A stretch of DNA of 64,000 bases from Candidatus Latescibacterota bacterium (GCA_965208105.1 OZ242318.1:64001-128000); one strand, 5' to 3'; positions 40,489 to 52,750 are shown, counted from the stretch's first letter. Made by a program: numbers and translations. Notes: generated by a model from the letters alone, not told the origin.

Positions 40489-40722
40489 CTACTGCTCAGC
40501 CTCCACCATTTCCCGGGCAAGCCTTCCAAGTTCCTCCACCAATTCATCTTTTTCCTCCGTCCTGGCTTTGTTTGTAATTTGCATGGTGATGGCGATCAGG
40601 CCCAGACCAAAGATTCGTTGCCAGCTTTGTGGAGACTCCGGGTCGAGGTCGGGGATCAACTCGCTCAATTTGTCGAGGAGCCGCTTGTGCTCGTCCGATA
40701 TTTCGATGACTTCGAGAGGCAT
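40489..40722 (-). CDS. Small hypothetical protein
   Basis: 77-aa ORF MPLEVIEISDEHKRLL... with helical, charged composition; fills the gap between neighbouring genes. Confidence 0.6.
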   Translation of the reverse strand: MPLEVIEISDEHKRLLDKLSELIPDLDPESPQSWQRIFGLGLIAITMQITNKARTEEKDELVEELGRLAREMVEAEQ

Positions 40723-40974
40723 GATTTCCCCATTCAGAGGCAGTCCTGGCGCAACAAATTCGGGTTTTCCCGCGCAGGGATGCCTCGCCATTCTCCGCCG
40801 ATCCTTCCCGGATCACGGCCTTGCCTTTATTTCCCGTACGGCAGGGGTAAGGTAATTGCCGGCCGGTCCGCTGTCCATAGGCGGGAATGGTGAGTACTGC
40901 CGGGATGGGCGCGGGGGATTCCTTGACTTGGCGGGGCGGTTTTTTACCTTAGCGCAGTCCTAAGGAGTCAATCC

Positions 40975-41427
40975 GTGGAAAAGTGGGACCGCATATTGAG
41001 CGAAAGCCATATTCTGACCGACATGCAATCGAGGCGCAAATTCGACGCCATTCGCGAATTGGCCGGCGTTTTGGGGCAGGACGACGCCATTGGGGATTCC
41101 AAGCGCTTTCTCGCCAATTTGATTCGGCGCGAGAAGCAGGGCTCCACCGGCATCGGCAAAGGGGTCGCGGTGCCGCACGTGCACGAGGACTCCATCAGCC
41201 GCCAGGTACTCGCGGTGGGCATTTCCCGCCAGGGCATCGAGTTTAATGCCATTGACGGCGAACCTGTTCACATTATTGCATTGCTCGCCACTCCCAAAAG
41301 ACACCACAAGCAGCACATGGGCCTGCTGGCTGCCCTGTCGCGGATGTTACAGCAGGGAAAGGTCCGCAGCAGCTTGATAGAGGCCCCCGACGCAGAAAAA
41401 GTCTTGAAGATATTCAAGGAGAGCTGA
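40975..41427 (+). CDS. PTS EIIA domain protein (PtsN/fructose-type)
   Basis: Phospho-His motif REKQGSTGIGKGVAVPH, FNAIDGEPV. TAAGGAG ribosome-binding site. Confidence 0.9.
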   Translation: MEKWDRILSESHILTDMQSRRKFDAIRELAGVLGQDDAIGDSKRFLANLIRREKQGSTGIGKGVAVPHVHEDSISRQVLAVGISRQGIEFNAIDGEPVHIIALLATPKRHHKQHMGLLAALSRMLQQGKVRSSLIEAPDAEKVLKIFKES

Positions 41428-41478
41428 TTTTGCGTCCAGGCGATCGCAGAACCGGGAACTGCCGCCGGGATCGCAGGC

Positions 41479-42869
<1,391 letters not shown>

Positions 42870-42873
<4 letters not shown>

Positions 42874-44204
42874 CCGTGATCACATTCTCCGAATACAGAG
42901 TCTTCGCGGGCACTCCTGACGTTCACCTTCAGAATCCGGTTGGCCGCTTCCGCGGGGGCGGCTAAAAGGACCTTGATGTAGTTGTCGCTCATACCCGTGG
43001 CCAGGCCGGTAGCTTTGTCCCTGCGGCTTTCGACCAGAACCTCCAATTCTTTCCCGAGGAAGCGACGGTGGAAGTCCAGGCGCTTTTGCTCTCCGAGCTG
43101 GATCAGGCGCCTGCTGCGGCGGTTCTTGACCTGGGGAGACAGGTGGTTCCCAAGGCGCTCTGCAGGGGTGTCCGCGCGCAGGGAAAACGGGAAGACGTGG
43201 AGGTAGGTCATGGGCAGGGAGTCGATCAAGGCGCAGGTGTTGTCGAAGTGCTCCTCCCGTTCCCCGGGAAAACCGACCATCACGTCGGCTCCCATGGCGC
43301 AGTCCGGTATCCGGTCCGCGATTTTTTCCACTTTTGCGGCGTATTCGGCAGCCTTGTAGCGGCGGCCCATGCGTCTGAGGACCCTGTCGTCCCCGCTTTG
43401 CAGGGGGATGTGAAAGTGCCGGCAGAACTTGCGCGAAGACGCGGCGTACTCGATCAGGGCGTCGGTGACGCAGGCGGGTTCGATGGAGTTGAGGCGGATG
43501 CGTTCGAGGCCGCCGATTTTTTCCAGTTCCATCAGCAGGAGAACCAAGGCATTGGCCTTGCCCCGGTCCTGCCCGTAGCTACCCGAGTGCACCCCGGTGA
43601 GAGCCAGCTCGCGGTAGCCTGCCTGGACCATGTGCCTGGCCTGCCGCAGAATCTCGGCGAAGGGGCGGCTGACTCCCTCGCCGCGCACGCCGGGGATGAT
43701 GCAATAGGTGCAATGCTCGCTGCAGCCGTCCTGGATCTGCAGGGTGCCCCGCGTCCGCCCGAGCGGAACGGGCCCTTCGATTTGTAAAAATTCGTTGGTC
43801 CGAGGCCGTTCCTCCCGCTGCGTCGAAGCGGCGGCACCGGTCTCGAGGTGAGCCTCCAGGTGTTCCAGCAGGCGGGCCTTGTGCCCGTTGCCCACGACGA
43901 GGTGGGCCCCGGCGGCGCTCAAATCGTCGGGCCGGCGCTGGGCGTAGCAGCCGGTGGCCACCACCGTCGCCGCAGGATTGGCTCGCCTCGCCCGCCGCAC
44001 CACCTTGCGCGAATCCGAATCCCCTGAGTTGGTGACCGTACAGGTATTGACCACGTAGACGTCGGCGGCTGCAGTGAAGGGAACGATCTCGTAGCCGCGG
44101 CGGCCGAAGCCCTCCTTGAGCGCCTCGAGTTCGTAGAGATTGAGCTTGCAGCCAACATTTTCCAGGGCGACGCGAGGCCGCATTTCGTCGGATGTAGCAG
44201 TCAC
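42870..44204 (-). CDS. mtaB: tRNA t6A37 methylthiotransferase
   Basis: GCKLNLYE, NTCTVT, TGCYAQ, QDGCSEHCTYC, HVFPFS. Start is either GTG 44204 or ATG 44183. Confidence 0.88.
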
Positions 44205-44296
44205 GGAAGATTCTTGCCTGTACAAGGGCCTGGATATGGAAAGATTCGATTTACAAGGGAAACTTAAGGGGTGGGAAAGAGTTGCGCAAACCGCGA

Positions 44297-46543
44297 TCAG
44301 GCGGGTTCGAGTTGAGCGTAGGCCACGGCCACCCGCTTGAGTTGGTTGCCTTTGAAGCGGATGGACAGTTTCATGTCCGCGCCGCTGCCCTCGCGGGAAA
44401 CGATTACTCCACGGCCCCAATGTGGGTGAAGGACCCACTTGCCCACCGCGAGGAAGTCGTCCACATATTCGTCAATTCCCGGTTCCAGGTGGGTGACGGA
44501 GGCGGGATCTTCCAATTCGTAGTGCCATCCTTCGCGAACCGGTCCGGGCCTCGAGGCTGCAGTTCTGCGGCTGCCGGAGGATCTGTCCCCGTACCATTCC
44601 GCGCGCAGCTCCGTCTTGCTGGTCAGGTCCTCGGGCACCTCGGCCAGGAAACGGGAGGATTCGGTTTCGATCAGGTTGCCGTAGGCGAAGCGCCGGCAGG
44701 CCCGGAGCAGGTGGAGGCGATTCCGGGCGCGGGTGATGCCCACGTAAAACAGGCGGCGCTCCTCCTCTATCGCCAGGGGATTGTCGCGGCTCTCCTCGAC
44801 CGCTCTGGAGGTGGGGAAGAGCCCCTCCTCCAGGCCGCAGATGAAGACCAGCGGAAACTCCAGCCCCTTGGCGCTGTGCAGGGTCATAAGGGTGAGGGCG
44901 TTGCTGGAATCGGTGGTTTCGTCGACGGGGGACATCAGGGATTTCTCTTCGAGGAAGGCGGACAGGGTTGGGTCCTCGGCGGTTTGACCGAACTCGGCCA
45001 TGTCGGCGAGGAGCTGATCGATGTTCTGCTCCCGCCCTTCTGCTTCGGGGCTGCCCTCGTCCACCAGCATCTTCCGGTATTGGGTGCGCTCGAACACCTC
45101 TTCCCCCAGGGTCGATATATCCACCTCGTCTTTGAGCATGGCGAGTCCATGGAGCAGCGCGCCAAAGGACTCCAGGTTTTTGCGAGACCTGGAGTTGAGC
45201 CCCGGGACCCGGTCGAGCTCAGCAAGAGCGGCGAAGAGGCTTATCCCGCGATGCCGGGCATGCTGTGCCATTCGCTCCATCGAGACAGAGCCGATTCCCC
45301 GCCTGGGGGTGTTGGCTATGCGCACCAGGCTGATGTCGTCGGCCGGGTTGACCAGGAGGCGGAGATAGGCAAGGATGTCCTTGATTTCCTTGCGCTCGTA
45401 GAAGCGCACTCCCCCGATGATAACGTAATCCATGCCGGCTCTTTGCAGCTCTTCCTCGAGAGCCCTGGACTGGGCATTGGTTCGGTAGAGGACGGCGGCG
45501 TCGGCCGGAGCATAGCCTTCCTTCCAGGTCAGGTCGCGCAGGGTGTCCACGACATGGCGCGCCTCGCAACGATCGGTGGAGCACTCTGTGACCTCGATGG
45601 GTTCGCCCAACTCGCTCTCTGTCCACAGGGTTTTGCCCTTGCGGTCGAGGTTGTTGAGAATGACCGCGTTGGCCGCGGCGAGAATGCGCCCCGTGGAGCG
45701 ATAGTTCTGCTCCAGGCGCACCACCCGGGTCTCCGGGTAATCCCGTTCGAAGTCGAGAATGTTCCGTAAATCCGCTCCCCTGAACTGGTAGATGGACTGA
45801 TCGTCGTCCCCTACGCAGCAGATGTTGTGGTGAGTGGCGGCGAGTTGGCGGGAGAGCAGGTACTGCGGACGGTTGGTGTCCTGGTATTCGTCGATCAGAA
45901 TGAATTTGAACCGTTCCTGGTACTTGGCCAGGATATGGCCATGACGCCCGAACTGCTGCACGAGCTTCACGAGCAGATCGTCGAAGTCGAAGGCATGATG
46001 CCGGCGCAACTCGGCTTCGTAGGCCGCGTAGATTTCGGCTACTCGCTTCTCGTGCGGGGAACTCTCCTCCCGGGCAAAGTGCTCCGGATCGATCATGGCG
46101 TTCTTTGCCCGGCTGATTCGGGAGATCAGAGCGCGCGGCGCCAGGTCTTCTTCGGCGATGTCGAGGGCCTTCAACAGGCGGCGCATCAACGCCCGCCTGT
46201 CGTCCTCGTCGTAGATGCTGAAATCGGCTTCGATTCCGAAACCATTTGCTTCAAAGCGAAGGAGACGGGCACAGATGGAGTGAAAGGTGCCCATCCAGAT
46301 GGATGTTGCCGCACTGCCGACCAGTTGCTCCACGCGCTCGCGCATCTCTCCGGCTGCCTTGTTGGTAAAGGTCACGGCCAGGATGTTCCATGGAGGGACG
46401 CCGATTTCTTCGACCAGGTAGGCTATGCGATGGGTGAGGACCCGGGTTTTTCCGGCGCCGGCCCCGGCCAGGACGAGGAGTGGGCCGTCCACAATTTCGG
46501 CAGCCTGGCGCTGGGCGTTATTGAGCCTGTCGAGGATGGCCAT
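44297..46543 (-). CDS. pcrA: ATP-dependent DNA helicase PcrA/UvrD
   Basis: LAGAGAGKT, TFTNKAA, DEYQD, LEQNYRS, HSAKGLEF, C-terminal Tudor-like domain. Confidence 0.93.
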   Translation of the reverse strand: MAILDRLNNAQRQAAEIVDGPLLVLAGAGAGKTRVLTHRIAYLVEEIGVPPWNILAVTFTNKAAGEMRERVEQLVGSAATSIWMGTFHSICARLLRFEANGFGIEADFSIYDEDDRRALMRRLLKALDIAEEDLAPRALISRISRAKNAMIDPEHFAREESSPHEKRVAEIYAAYEAELRRHHAFDFDDLLVKLVQQFGRHGHILAKYQERFKFILIDEYQDTNRPQYLLSRQLAATHHNICCVGDDDQSIYQFRGADLRNILDFERDYPETRVVRLEQNYRSTGRILAAANAVILNNLDRKGKTLWTESELGEPIEVTECSTDRCEARHVVDTLRDLTWKEGYAPADAAVLYRTNAQSRALEEELQRAGMDYVIIGGVRFYERKEIKDILAYLRLLVNPADDISLVRIANTPRRGIGSVSMERMAQHARHRGISLFAALAELDRVPGLNSRSRKNLESFGALLHGLAMLKDEVDISTLGEEVFERTQYRKMLVDEGSPEAEGREQNIDQLLADMAEFGQTAEDPTLSAFLEEKSLMSPVDETTDSSNALTLMTLHSAKGLEFPLVFICGLEEGLFPTSRAVEESRDNPLAIEEERRLFYVGITRARNRLHLLRACRRFAYGNLIETESSRFLAEVPEDLTSKTELRAEWYGDRSSGSRRTAASRPGPVREGWHYELEDPASVTHLEPGIDEYVDDFLAVGKWVLHPHWGRGVIVSREGSGADMKLSIRFKGNQLKRVAVAYAQLEPA

Positions 46544-46567
46544 GGAGGATTTCCGTTGGAGATGGAT

Positions 46568-47599
46568 TCAGGGAGTCTGCCGCGACGGGGCGCGCCTCCC
46601 CGCGAACCTCAGGCTGCGTTTGGCCCGCTCGTGTTCTTCGTTCGTGCGGCTGAAGATGTGTTCGCCGTCGCCGCGGGCCACGAAGTAAAGGTAGTCGGTC
46701 TCTGCCGGATAGAGGATCGCCAGAATGGAGGCCAGGCCGGGGTTGCTTATGGGGCCGGGGGGAAGGCCGTGGTGGCGGTAGGTATTGAAGGGAGAATCCA
46801 CCAGCAGATCCGCATTGGTGAGTCTCTTCTTGCGCACGCCGAGGGCATATTCGATGGTGGCGCAGGATTCGAGGCGGCGGTTGTAGGCGAGGCGGCGCTG
46901 GAAGACGGCTGAAATGAGGGGTCTTTCCGCCTCCACCCTGGCCTCGCGCTCGACGATGGAAGCCAGGATGACAACCTCTTGGAGGGTAAGCTCGAGGCGG
47001 TCCAGCCGAACGTGGAAGGAGTCGGCGAAGACCTTGTTGAACTCCTCGACCATCAGCCTGATTGCGTCTGCTTCGGTGATTTCCACATCGAAGAAATAGG
47101 TCTCGGGAAACAGATAGCCTTCGAGGGAGGGCGCATTAATGCCGAGATGCCGAATGAGATTCTGATCCTGGCTGAGGGCGACGAAGCGGGCGGAATCGAG
47201 CCCCGCGTCGCGCTGCAGCAGGCCGGCCACCTCTCGGCGGGTCAGACCTTCGGGAATGGTGATGCGCTGAAACCGGACAGGCGCCTCGAGCAATTCCCTG
47301 ATGATCCCGAACACGTCGCTGGTTCCGCTGAGGTGGTAGGTACCTGCCTCGAGATGGTGGGCATGGCCCTTCAGCCGGGCGGTCCATTCGAAGACGCGAG
47401 CGCTGCGGATGATACCTTCGCCTTCCAGCAGGGCGCCGATCCGCCTCGCGCTCATGCCGGGTTGAATATTGATCTCCCGGGTGGCGGAATTGTGGGTAGG
47501 CCGGGTCAGGGACCACCAGGCCGCGGCTGGAGCGAGCAGAAGAAAAAGAGAGGCGAGGCCGAAGTACAGGAGACGGGTGAAGGAAGGGATGGCAGCCAT
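46568..47599 (-). CDS. mltG: Endolytic transglycosylase MltG
   Basis: LEGYLFPETY, LASIVERE, SPFNTY...GLPPGPISNPG, YLYFV. Confidence 0.93.
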   Translation of the reverse strand: MAAIPSFTRLLYFGLASLFLLLAPAAAWWSLTRPTHNSATREINIQPGMSARRIGALLEGEGIIRSARVFEWTARLKGHAHHLEAGTYHLSGTSDVFGIIRELLEAPVRFQRITIPEGLTRREVAGLLQRDAGLDSARFVALSQDQNLIRHLGINAPSLEGYLFPETYFFDVEITEADAIRLMVEEFNKVFADSFHVRLDRLELTLQEVVILASIVEREARVEAERPLISAVFQRRLAYNRRLESCATIEYALGVRKKRLTNADLLVDSPFNTYRHHGLPPGPISNPGLASILAILYPAETDYLYFVARGDGEHIFSRTNEEHERAKRSLRFAGRRAPSRQTP

Positions 47600-47786
47600 G
47601 AATATCCTTGAAGTAATGGGGAGCCCGGGATGGTGTCAACCCTTGCCGGGGGCGTTGCGCTTGGCAGCCGTATGTTCTTGACGGAATTGGGGATTACATC
47701 TATTTTGGCTCCGTTGTCCCGCCAATCCCGCTCACCGCGCACGCGAACGGCCCGATCCACTTCCTCCCAGGCCAGCCGAGGCGACC

Positions 47787-48749
47787 TTGTCCGATCCCCA
47801 GGCTCTCATAAGCATCTCCCGAATCTCCCACACCTTTCCCGGAACCAGAAAGGTGCCTCCGCGCAAAGCATTGGAGGATGTCAGTCTGGCTATTGGCGAG
47901 GGTGAAGCAGTGGCCTTTCTCGGCCCTAACGGCAGCGGCAAGTCGACCCTGTTGAAGATCCTCACGACCTCCCTGCGGCCAACCTCCGGCTCGGTCAGGG
48001 TCGGCAGCCTGAAATTGCCCGGGGACAGCCTGGCGGTGCGCCGTCTCCTCGGAGTGGTGTTCCAAAAGCCGGCCCTGGATATTCGCATGACCGTGGCCGA
48101 GAACCTGATGGCGGCCGGGTTGCTCCACGGCATGTCCCTCGCCAGGGCGAGGAATGCCATGGAGAGGATCCTGGTGGAGGTAGAACTTCTCGAGCGCCGC
48201 GACGAACGGGTGGGGAAGCTGTCGAGCGGGTTGGCGAGGCGGGTGGAGCTGGCCAAGGCCCTGTTGCCCGGGCCACGGATTCTCGTGCTGGACGAACCCA
48301 CGGCCGGGTTGGATCCAGTGGCCAGGAATGAGTTCTGGGGGCGGCTGGAGCGGTTGAGGGAGCTCCAGAAACTTACGGTCGTGGCCTCTACCCACCTCAT
48401 GGACGAGGCGGAACGCTGCAACCGGGTAGCTGTCCTTCACCGCGGTGAGCTGCTGGCCTTCGACAGCCCCGAGAGGCTGCAGAGCGCGCTGGGAAGGCAG
48501 GTGCTGGTCATTCGCGCCGATGATCTGGAGCAGCTGCAGAGGGACCTGCGCGCCTTCTCGGGAAACGAAGGCCGGATCGCGGGCAATGCCCTGCGGCTGA
48601 CTCTGACCGAGCCTATCAGTCTCGACCCCCTGCTGGACCGGTTCAGGGACCGCATCAGCGCGCTCACCTTGTCCCATCCCTCCCTGGACGACGTTTTCGT
48701 TCACTATACCGGTGAACATCTCAATTCGCGCCAAGGCAAGTCCTCGTGA
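47787..48749 (+). CDS. ABC-2 type transporter ATP-binding protein
   Basis: GPNGSGKST, LSSG, LDEPTAGLD. Confidence 0.9.
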   Translation: MSDPQALISISRISHTFPGTRKVPPRKALEDVSLAIGEGEAVAFLGPNGSGKSTLLKILTTSLRPTSGSVRVGSLKLPGDSLAVRRLLGVVFQKPALDIRMTVAENLMAAGLLHGMSLARARNAMERILVEVELLERRDERVGKLSSGLARRVELAKALLPGPRILVLDEPTAGLDPVARNEFWGRLERLRELQKLTVVASTHLMDEAERCNRVAVLHRGELLAFDSPERLQSALGRQVLVIRADDLEQLQRDLRAFSGNEGRIAGNALRLTLTEPISLDPLLDRFRDRISALTLSHPSLDDVFVHYTGEHLNSRQGKSS

Positions 48750-49510
48750 CGGGAATGGTCGTCCTGGCCTGGCGCGAACTGTTGCATTTCTTCCGCCAAC
48801 CACTCCGCCTCCTGGGTAGCCTGGCCCAGCCGCTCATGCTCTGGCTGCTGATGGGGTCGGGATTTGCCGAGAGCTTCAGGCCGGCGAGCGATGACCTGAA
48901 CTACAGCGAGTTCTTCTATCCCGGCATCGTGCTGATGCTTCTGCTTTTTGCGGGGATATTCTCCACCATCACCCTGATAGAAGATCGCAGTGCAGGTTTC
49001 CTCCAGGGAGTCATGGTGGCACCTGTATCGAGCCTTAGCCTGGTGCTGGGAAAGCTGGTCGGCGGGTCCGCCATCGCCCTGATACAGTCCATCATCTTTC
49101 TGCTGCTGGCGCCGCTTGCAGGTTTCGACCTCAGCCTCGACATGGTCCTGCACCTGGTCCTGCTGTTTGCTCTGGTCGGACTGGGGTTTACCGGGTTCGG
49201 ATTCATCGTGGCCTGGACCATGGAGACCGTGGCAGGATACCACGCGGTCATGAGTGTGGTGATGATACCGCTGTGGTTGCTGTCAGGGGCCTTGTTTCCG
49301 CTCGAAAGCTCCTCGGCATGGCTGCGGTTGGTGATGCTCTTCAATCCGATCACCTATACGATGCAGACGATCAGGGGTGCTTTCTACGAGCCGCTCTCCG
49401 TCCTCTACAGCAGTCCCGATTTTCTCTTCGCCTTGGCGGTCACCGCAATGTGGACCCTGATCTGCATCGCGGTGGCGGTGGGGATCGCGGCGAAAAGGGC
49501 GCCGGCCTGA
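48746..49510 (+). CDS. ABC-2 type transporter permease
   Basis: Six TM segments, FFYPG, LSGALFP, NPITY. Confidence 0.9.
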   Translation: MTGMVVLAWRELLHFFRQPLRLLGSLAQPLMLWLLMGSGFAESFRPASDDLNYSEFFYPGIVLMLLLFAGIFSTITLIEDRSAGFLQGVMVAPVSSLSLVLGKLVGGSAIALIQSIIFLLLAPLAGFDLSLDMVLHLVLLFALVGLGFTGFGFIVAWTMETVAGYHAVMSVVMIPLWLLSGALFPLESSSAWLRLVMLFNPITYTMQTIRGAFYEPLSVLYSSPDFLFALAVTAMWTLICIAVAVGIAAKRAPA

Positions 49511-49512
49511 TC

Positions 49513-49935
49513 CTACAAGTGATAGAGCATGATGTAGATGACCACCCCACTGCAGGAGACGAACATCCACACGGGCCAGACCCAGCGGGTCAGACGCTTG
49601 TGCTTGTCGAATGCTTTCCGCCAGGCGTGCCAGACGGCCGCGAGGATGAAGGGGCCCATGACCGCGGCCAGGACGATGTGCGGAATGAGGATGGCGAAGT
49701 AGAGAGGGCGGGTCCAGTCGTGGCGGGAATAGGGGACGGATCCGACCGAGTAGTGATAGGCGAGATAGGAAATCAGGAAGAGCGCCGAGAAGGACAGTGC
49801 GGTCACCATGCAGCGCCTGTGGCCAATGAAATCGTCCCTGCGGATGCGCAGGTAGCCCAGGATCAGAAAGAGGGCCGCAAGGAGGTTCAGGCAGGCGTTC
49901 AGGGCAGGTAGTTGAGATAGAATTGCTGTTTGCAA
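49513..49935 (-). CDS. DUF420 membrane protein
   Basis: LPALNACLN, HRRCM, LFLISYLAYH, HIVLAA, HKRL. Confidence 0.88.
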   Translation of the reverse strand: MQTAILSQLPALNACLNLLAALFLILGYLRIRRDDFIGHRRCMVTALSFSALFLISYLAYHYSVGSVPYSRHDWTRPLYFAILIPHIVLAAVMGPFILAAVWHAWRKAFDKHKRLTRWVWPVWMFVSCSGVVIYIMLYHL

Positions 49936-50108
49936 AATCGCGAGTGGAATTCCTCCGGGATCGGGAATATTTGGCTCGAGGCCGCCAAAAGATAGCCAAA
50001 CGCGGTCAAAGGGCCAGAGGATTGGTCAAGGCGCGGAATGATTGGCAGGCTTGAGAACGGCAGGGGTAGGGGAGAAATCGCTTCCAGGGGAGAGGCGGCG
50101 GTCCCCTA

Positions 50109-50270
50109 GTGTCCCGTCGCAGAAATATGTCGCCATTATTCCGCCGATCCATCCCGGCTCACGGCGTTGCCTTCACTCGCCGTACACCACTGGTACGACT
50201 TGCTCAGGCGCCTTGTGAGCCGGGCGCCTCGGCGGCCCAATTTCGTCAACCTATCTCTGCGACGGAACAC
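50109..50270 (+). mobile_element. 162-bp palindromic MITE-like repeat, copy 2
   Basis: Four substitutions relative to copy 1. Flanks read ctaG...Ctat. Confidence 0.85.
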
Positions 50271-50281
50271 TATATCAAGAG

Positions 50282-51478
50282 GTGCTTTTGAAGAATCCAA
50301 TATCCGAGTGGAATCGCGACTTTCGCCTGCTGGCCCTCGCGGTTGCTTCCCAGGGCGTCTTTTTCGGCGTGCAGTTGACCTTGTTCAACAACTTCGTCGT
50401 CGATCGCCTGGGCATTGGAGCCCGGGAACTCGGATATGTGGAAGGCCTGCGCGAAGTCCCCGGTTTCATGAATGCGTTTTTCGTCGCCCTTATGGTGCGG
50501 TTCGCTCCACCCGCGGTCGCCGCGGTTTCTCTGATGGTGATGGGCGTTGGCATCATGGCCTATGCCGACGTCGATTCGGTCTTCCTGCTGGCGCTGTATT
50601 CTCTTGTGTGGAGCGTGGGATTCCATTGCTGGATCCCGATGGAGCAGTCGATGGCCCTGCTGTTTTCACCCCGGGGGAGGAAGGGGAAATGGTTGGGTCA
50701 GCTGCGCAGCGTGAACAGCGTTGCATGGCTGTTTTCCATCGTGATCTGCAGGCTGGTCTACGATTTCATCGGTTACAACGGACTCTTCCTCCTGGCTGGC
50801 GCGGCGACCTTCGCCGGGGGGTTCGCAATTTATTTCGCATCGAACAGGCGCCCCTCGAGGGAGCGTGGATTCGTGTTCAAGCGCCGCTACGGCCTCTACT
50901 ACCTGCTGAATTTTCTCCAGGGCCTGCGCAAGCAGATGTTCATTACCTTCGCGATTTTCGCCCTTGTGAAGGTCCACGGAATGCCCGTGCACACCACCAT
51001 GGTCCTCGTGTTCGTCAACCAGGTCCTGATCACCCTTACAGCTCCCGCCGTGGGAAGAATGATCGACCTTTACGGCGAACGCCGGGCCCTTTCGTGCAGC
51101 TATATCGGCCTGGCCTGCGTGTTTTTCGGATACGCGGTGGTGACTCATCGCCCTACCCTTTACGCGCTCTACTGCATAGACAATATCCTCTTCTTCGGCG
51201 GCATCGCCCTGACGACCTATCTGCACAAGATTGCTCCGGAGGAAGACCTCAAACCGACCATTGCCATGGGGGTGACGATGAACCACGTCGCCTCGGTGGC
51301 CGCTCCTCTCCTGGGAGGAATCGCCTGGCACTTGTTCGGCTACAGGGTGATTTTCTTCGCAGGAGCAGTCCTGGCGCTCATCTCGCTGGTAGTGAGTCAA
51401 TGGATCGACCCTGAAGGCCGGCGCCAGGGCGGGAATGGTGAGGTTTTCAAGCGGGTGCCGGGGAGGCCGAGTCCTTGA
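50282..51478 (+). CDS. MFS transporter
   Basis: About 12 hydrophobic segments and the loop motif GRMIDLYGERR. Start may be TTG 50288. Confidence 0.88.
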   Translation: MLLKNPISEWNRDFRLLALAVASQGVFFGVQLTLFNNFVVDRLGIGARELGYVEGLREVPGFMNAFFVALMVRFAPPAVAAVSLMVMGVGIMAYADVDSVFLLALYSLVWSVGFHCWIPMEQSMALLFSPRGRKGKWLGQLRSVNSVAWLFSIVICRLVYDFIGYNGLFLLAGAATFAGGFAIYFASNRRPSRERGFVFKRRYGLYYLLNFLQGLRKQMFITFAIFALVKVHGMPVHTTMVLVFVNQVLITLTAPAVGRMIDLYGERRALSCSYIGLACVFFGYAVVTHRPTLYALYCIDNILFFGGIALTTYLHKIAPEEDLKPTIAMGVTMNHVASVAAPLLGGIAWHLFGYRVIFFAGAVLALISLVVSQWIDPEGRRQGGNGEVFKRVPGRPSP

Positions 51479-51528
51479 GGACCCGACCGCGAGTGCAGCG
51501 GCGGTCCCTTCTGCGGCAGGCGAAGTTC

Positions 51529-52647
51529 TCACCAGTCCTGCACGGAACCATCTTCCCGCCGCAGGTGTGTGTTTTCCCTGGGCGCGTAGGGGTGGGCGGC
51601 GGCGGCTTCTTCGTCCAGGTCGACCCCCAGTCCAGGTGAATCCGAAGGAATCAGATATCCTCCCTCCACCTGGTAGTCGTGCGGAGTTACATCATCCATC
51701 CAGCTCGGGGGAGGTCCATACTCCTGCACGGCGCAGTTGGGAATGGACATGTTCAGGTGCAGCATGGCCGCCGTGCCCACGTGGCTTCCGGTAAAGTGGG
51801 TGGCGAGTTCCTGGTAATGCACCTCCCCCATGGCAGCAATCTTTTTTCCCTCGGTGATCCCTCCGCTGTGGCAGATATCGACGCGGATATAGTCGATGAG
51901 CTCGGACTCGATGAGCTCGCGGAACGCCCACTTGGTCGGCAGTTGCTCGCCGGTGCCTATGGGGACGCTGGTTTGCCGCCTGAGGGTTGCAAACGAGGCC
52001 GGGTTTTCGGAGCGGATGGGGTCTTCGACGAAGAACGGGTGAAACTCTTCAACCGATCTGCACAGCTCGACCGCGCGGGGAGGAGACAGCCTGGTGTGCA
52101 CTTCGAGGATGACCTCGGGTTCGTCTCCTATTGCGCGGCGCAAGGCTCCGAGGTGCTCTATCCCGCGGCGGACCGCCTGTTGGGGATTGAAGCCTCCCTC
52201 GCAGCGAATCGGCGAGATGCGCAGAACCCGCCATCCATCGTCCATGAGGCGGTGAGCATCGTCGATCAGGCGCTCCGGAGGGCCTCCGCTGGTATGCCGG
52301 TAGCCCAGGACCTTGTCCCGGGCCGCTCCTCCCAGCAGGCGGTAGGTGGGCACGCCCAGGGCCCTTCCGGCAAGGTCCCATAGCGCGATATCGATCCCTG
52401 CCAGGGCGGACTGCAGCACGGGGCCGCCACGCCAGAAGGTGCCGCGGAAGACATCCTGCCAGATGAACTCGATGCGCGTGGCGTCCTGTCCTACCAACAG
52501 GGGCTCGATGTGTTTAAGCGCTTCGACCACCGCCATCGACCGGCCACTCAGGGATGCCTCGCCGATTCCGTGAATTCCTTCATCGGTGAGGATCTTTACG
52601 AAGACGAACTGGCCGACCGGAAAAATTCTGAGAGCTGAGATTTTCAT
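51529..52647 (-). CDS. Mandelate racemase/galactonate dehydratase-like enolase-superfamily enzyme
   Basis: GIDIALWDL, FFVEDP, TGEQL, PGLGVDLDE, REDGSVQDW. Confidence 0.88.
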   Translation of the reverse strand: MKISALRIFPVGQFVFVKILTDEGIHGIGEASLSGRSMAVVEALKHIEPLLVGQDATRIEFIWQDVFRGTFWRGGPVLQSALAGIDIALWDLAGRALGVPTYRLLGGAARDKVLGYRHTSGGPPERLIDDAHRLMDDGWRVLRISPIRCEGGFNPQQAVRRGIEHLGALRRAIGDEPEVILEVHTRLSPPRAVELCRSVEEFHPFFVEDPIRSENPASFATLRRQTSVPIGTGEQLPTKWAFRELIESELIDYIRVDICHSGGITEGKKIAAMGEVHYQELATHFTGSHVGTAAMLHLNMSIPNCAVQEYGPPPSWMDDVTPHDYQVEGGYLIPSDSPGLGVDLDEEAAAAHPYAPRENTHLRREDGSVQDW

Positions 52648-52750
52648 GCCTGCTCCTGTACTCTGCGCCCCAGTGCCCCGGCTGGAGGACCGGCGGCTCA
52701 ATCTCTTGTGAAAAGTCCTCCCCCGGGGCGGGCAGGTGCGCCGAATCGGC

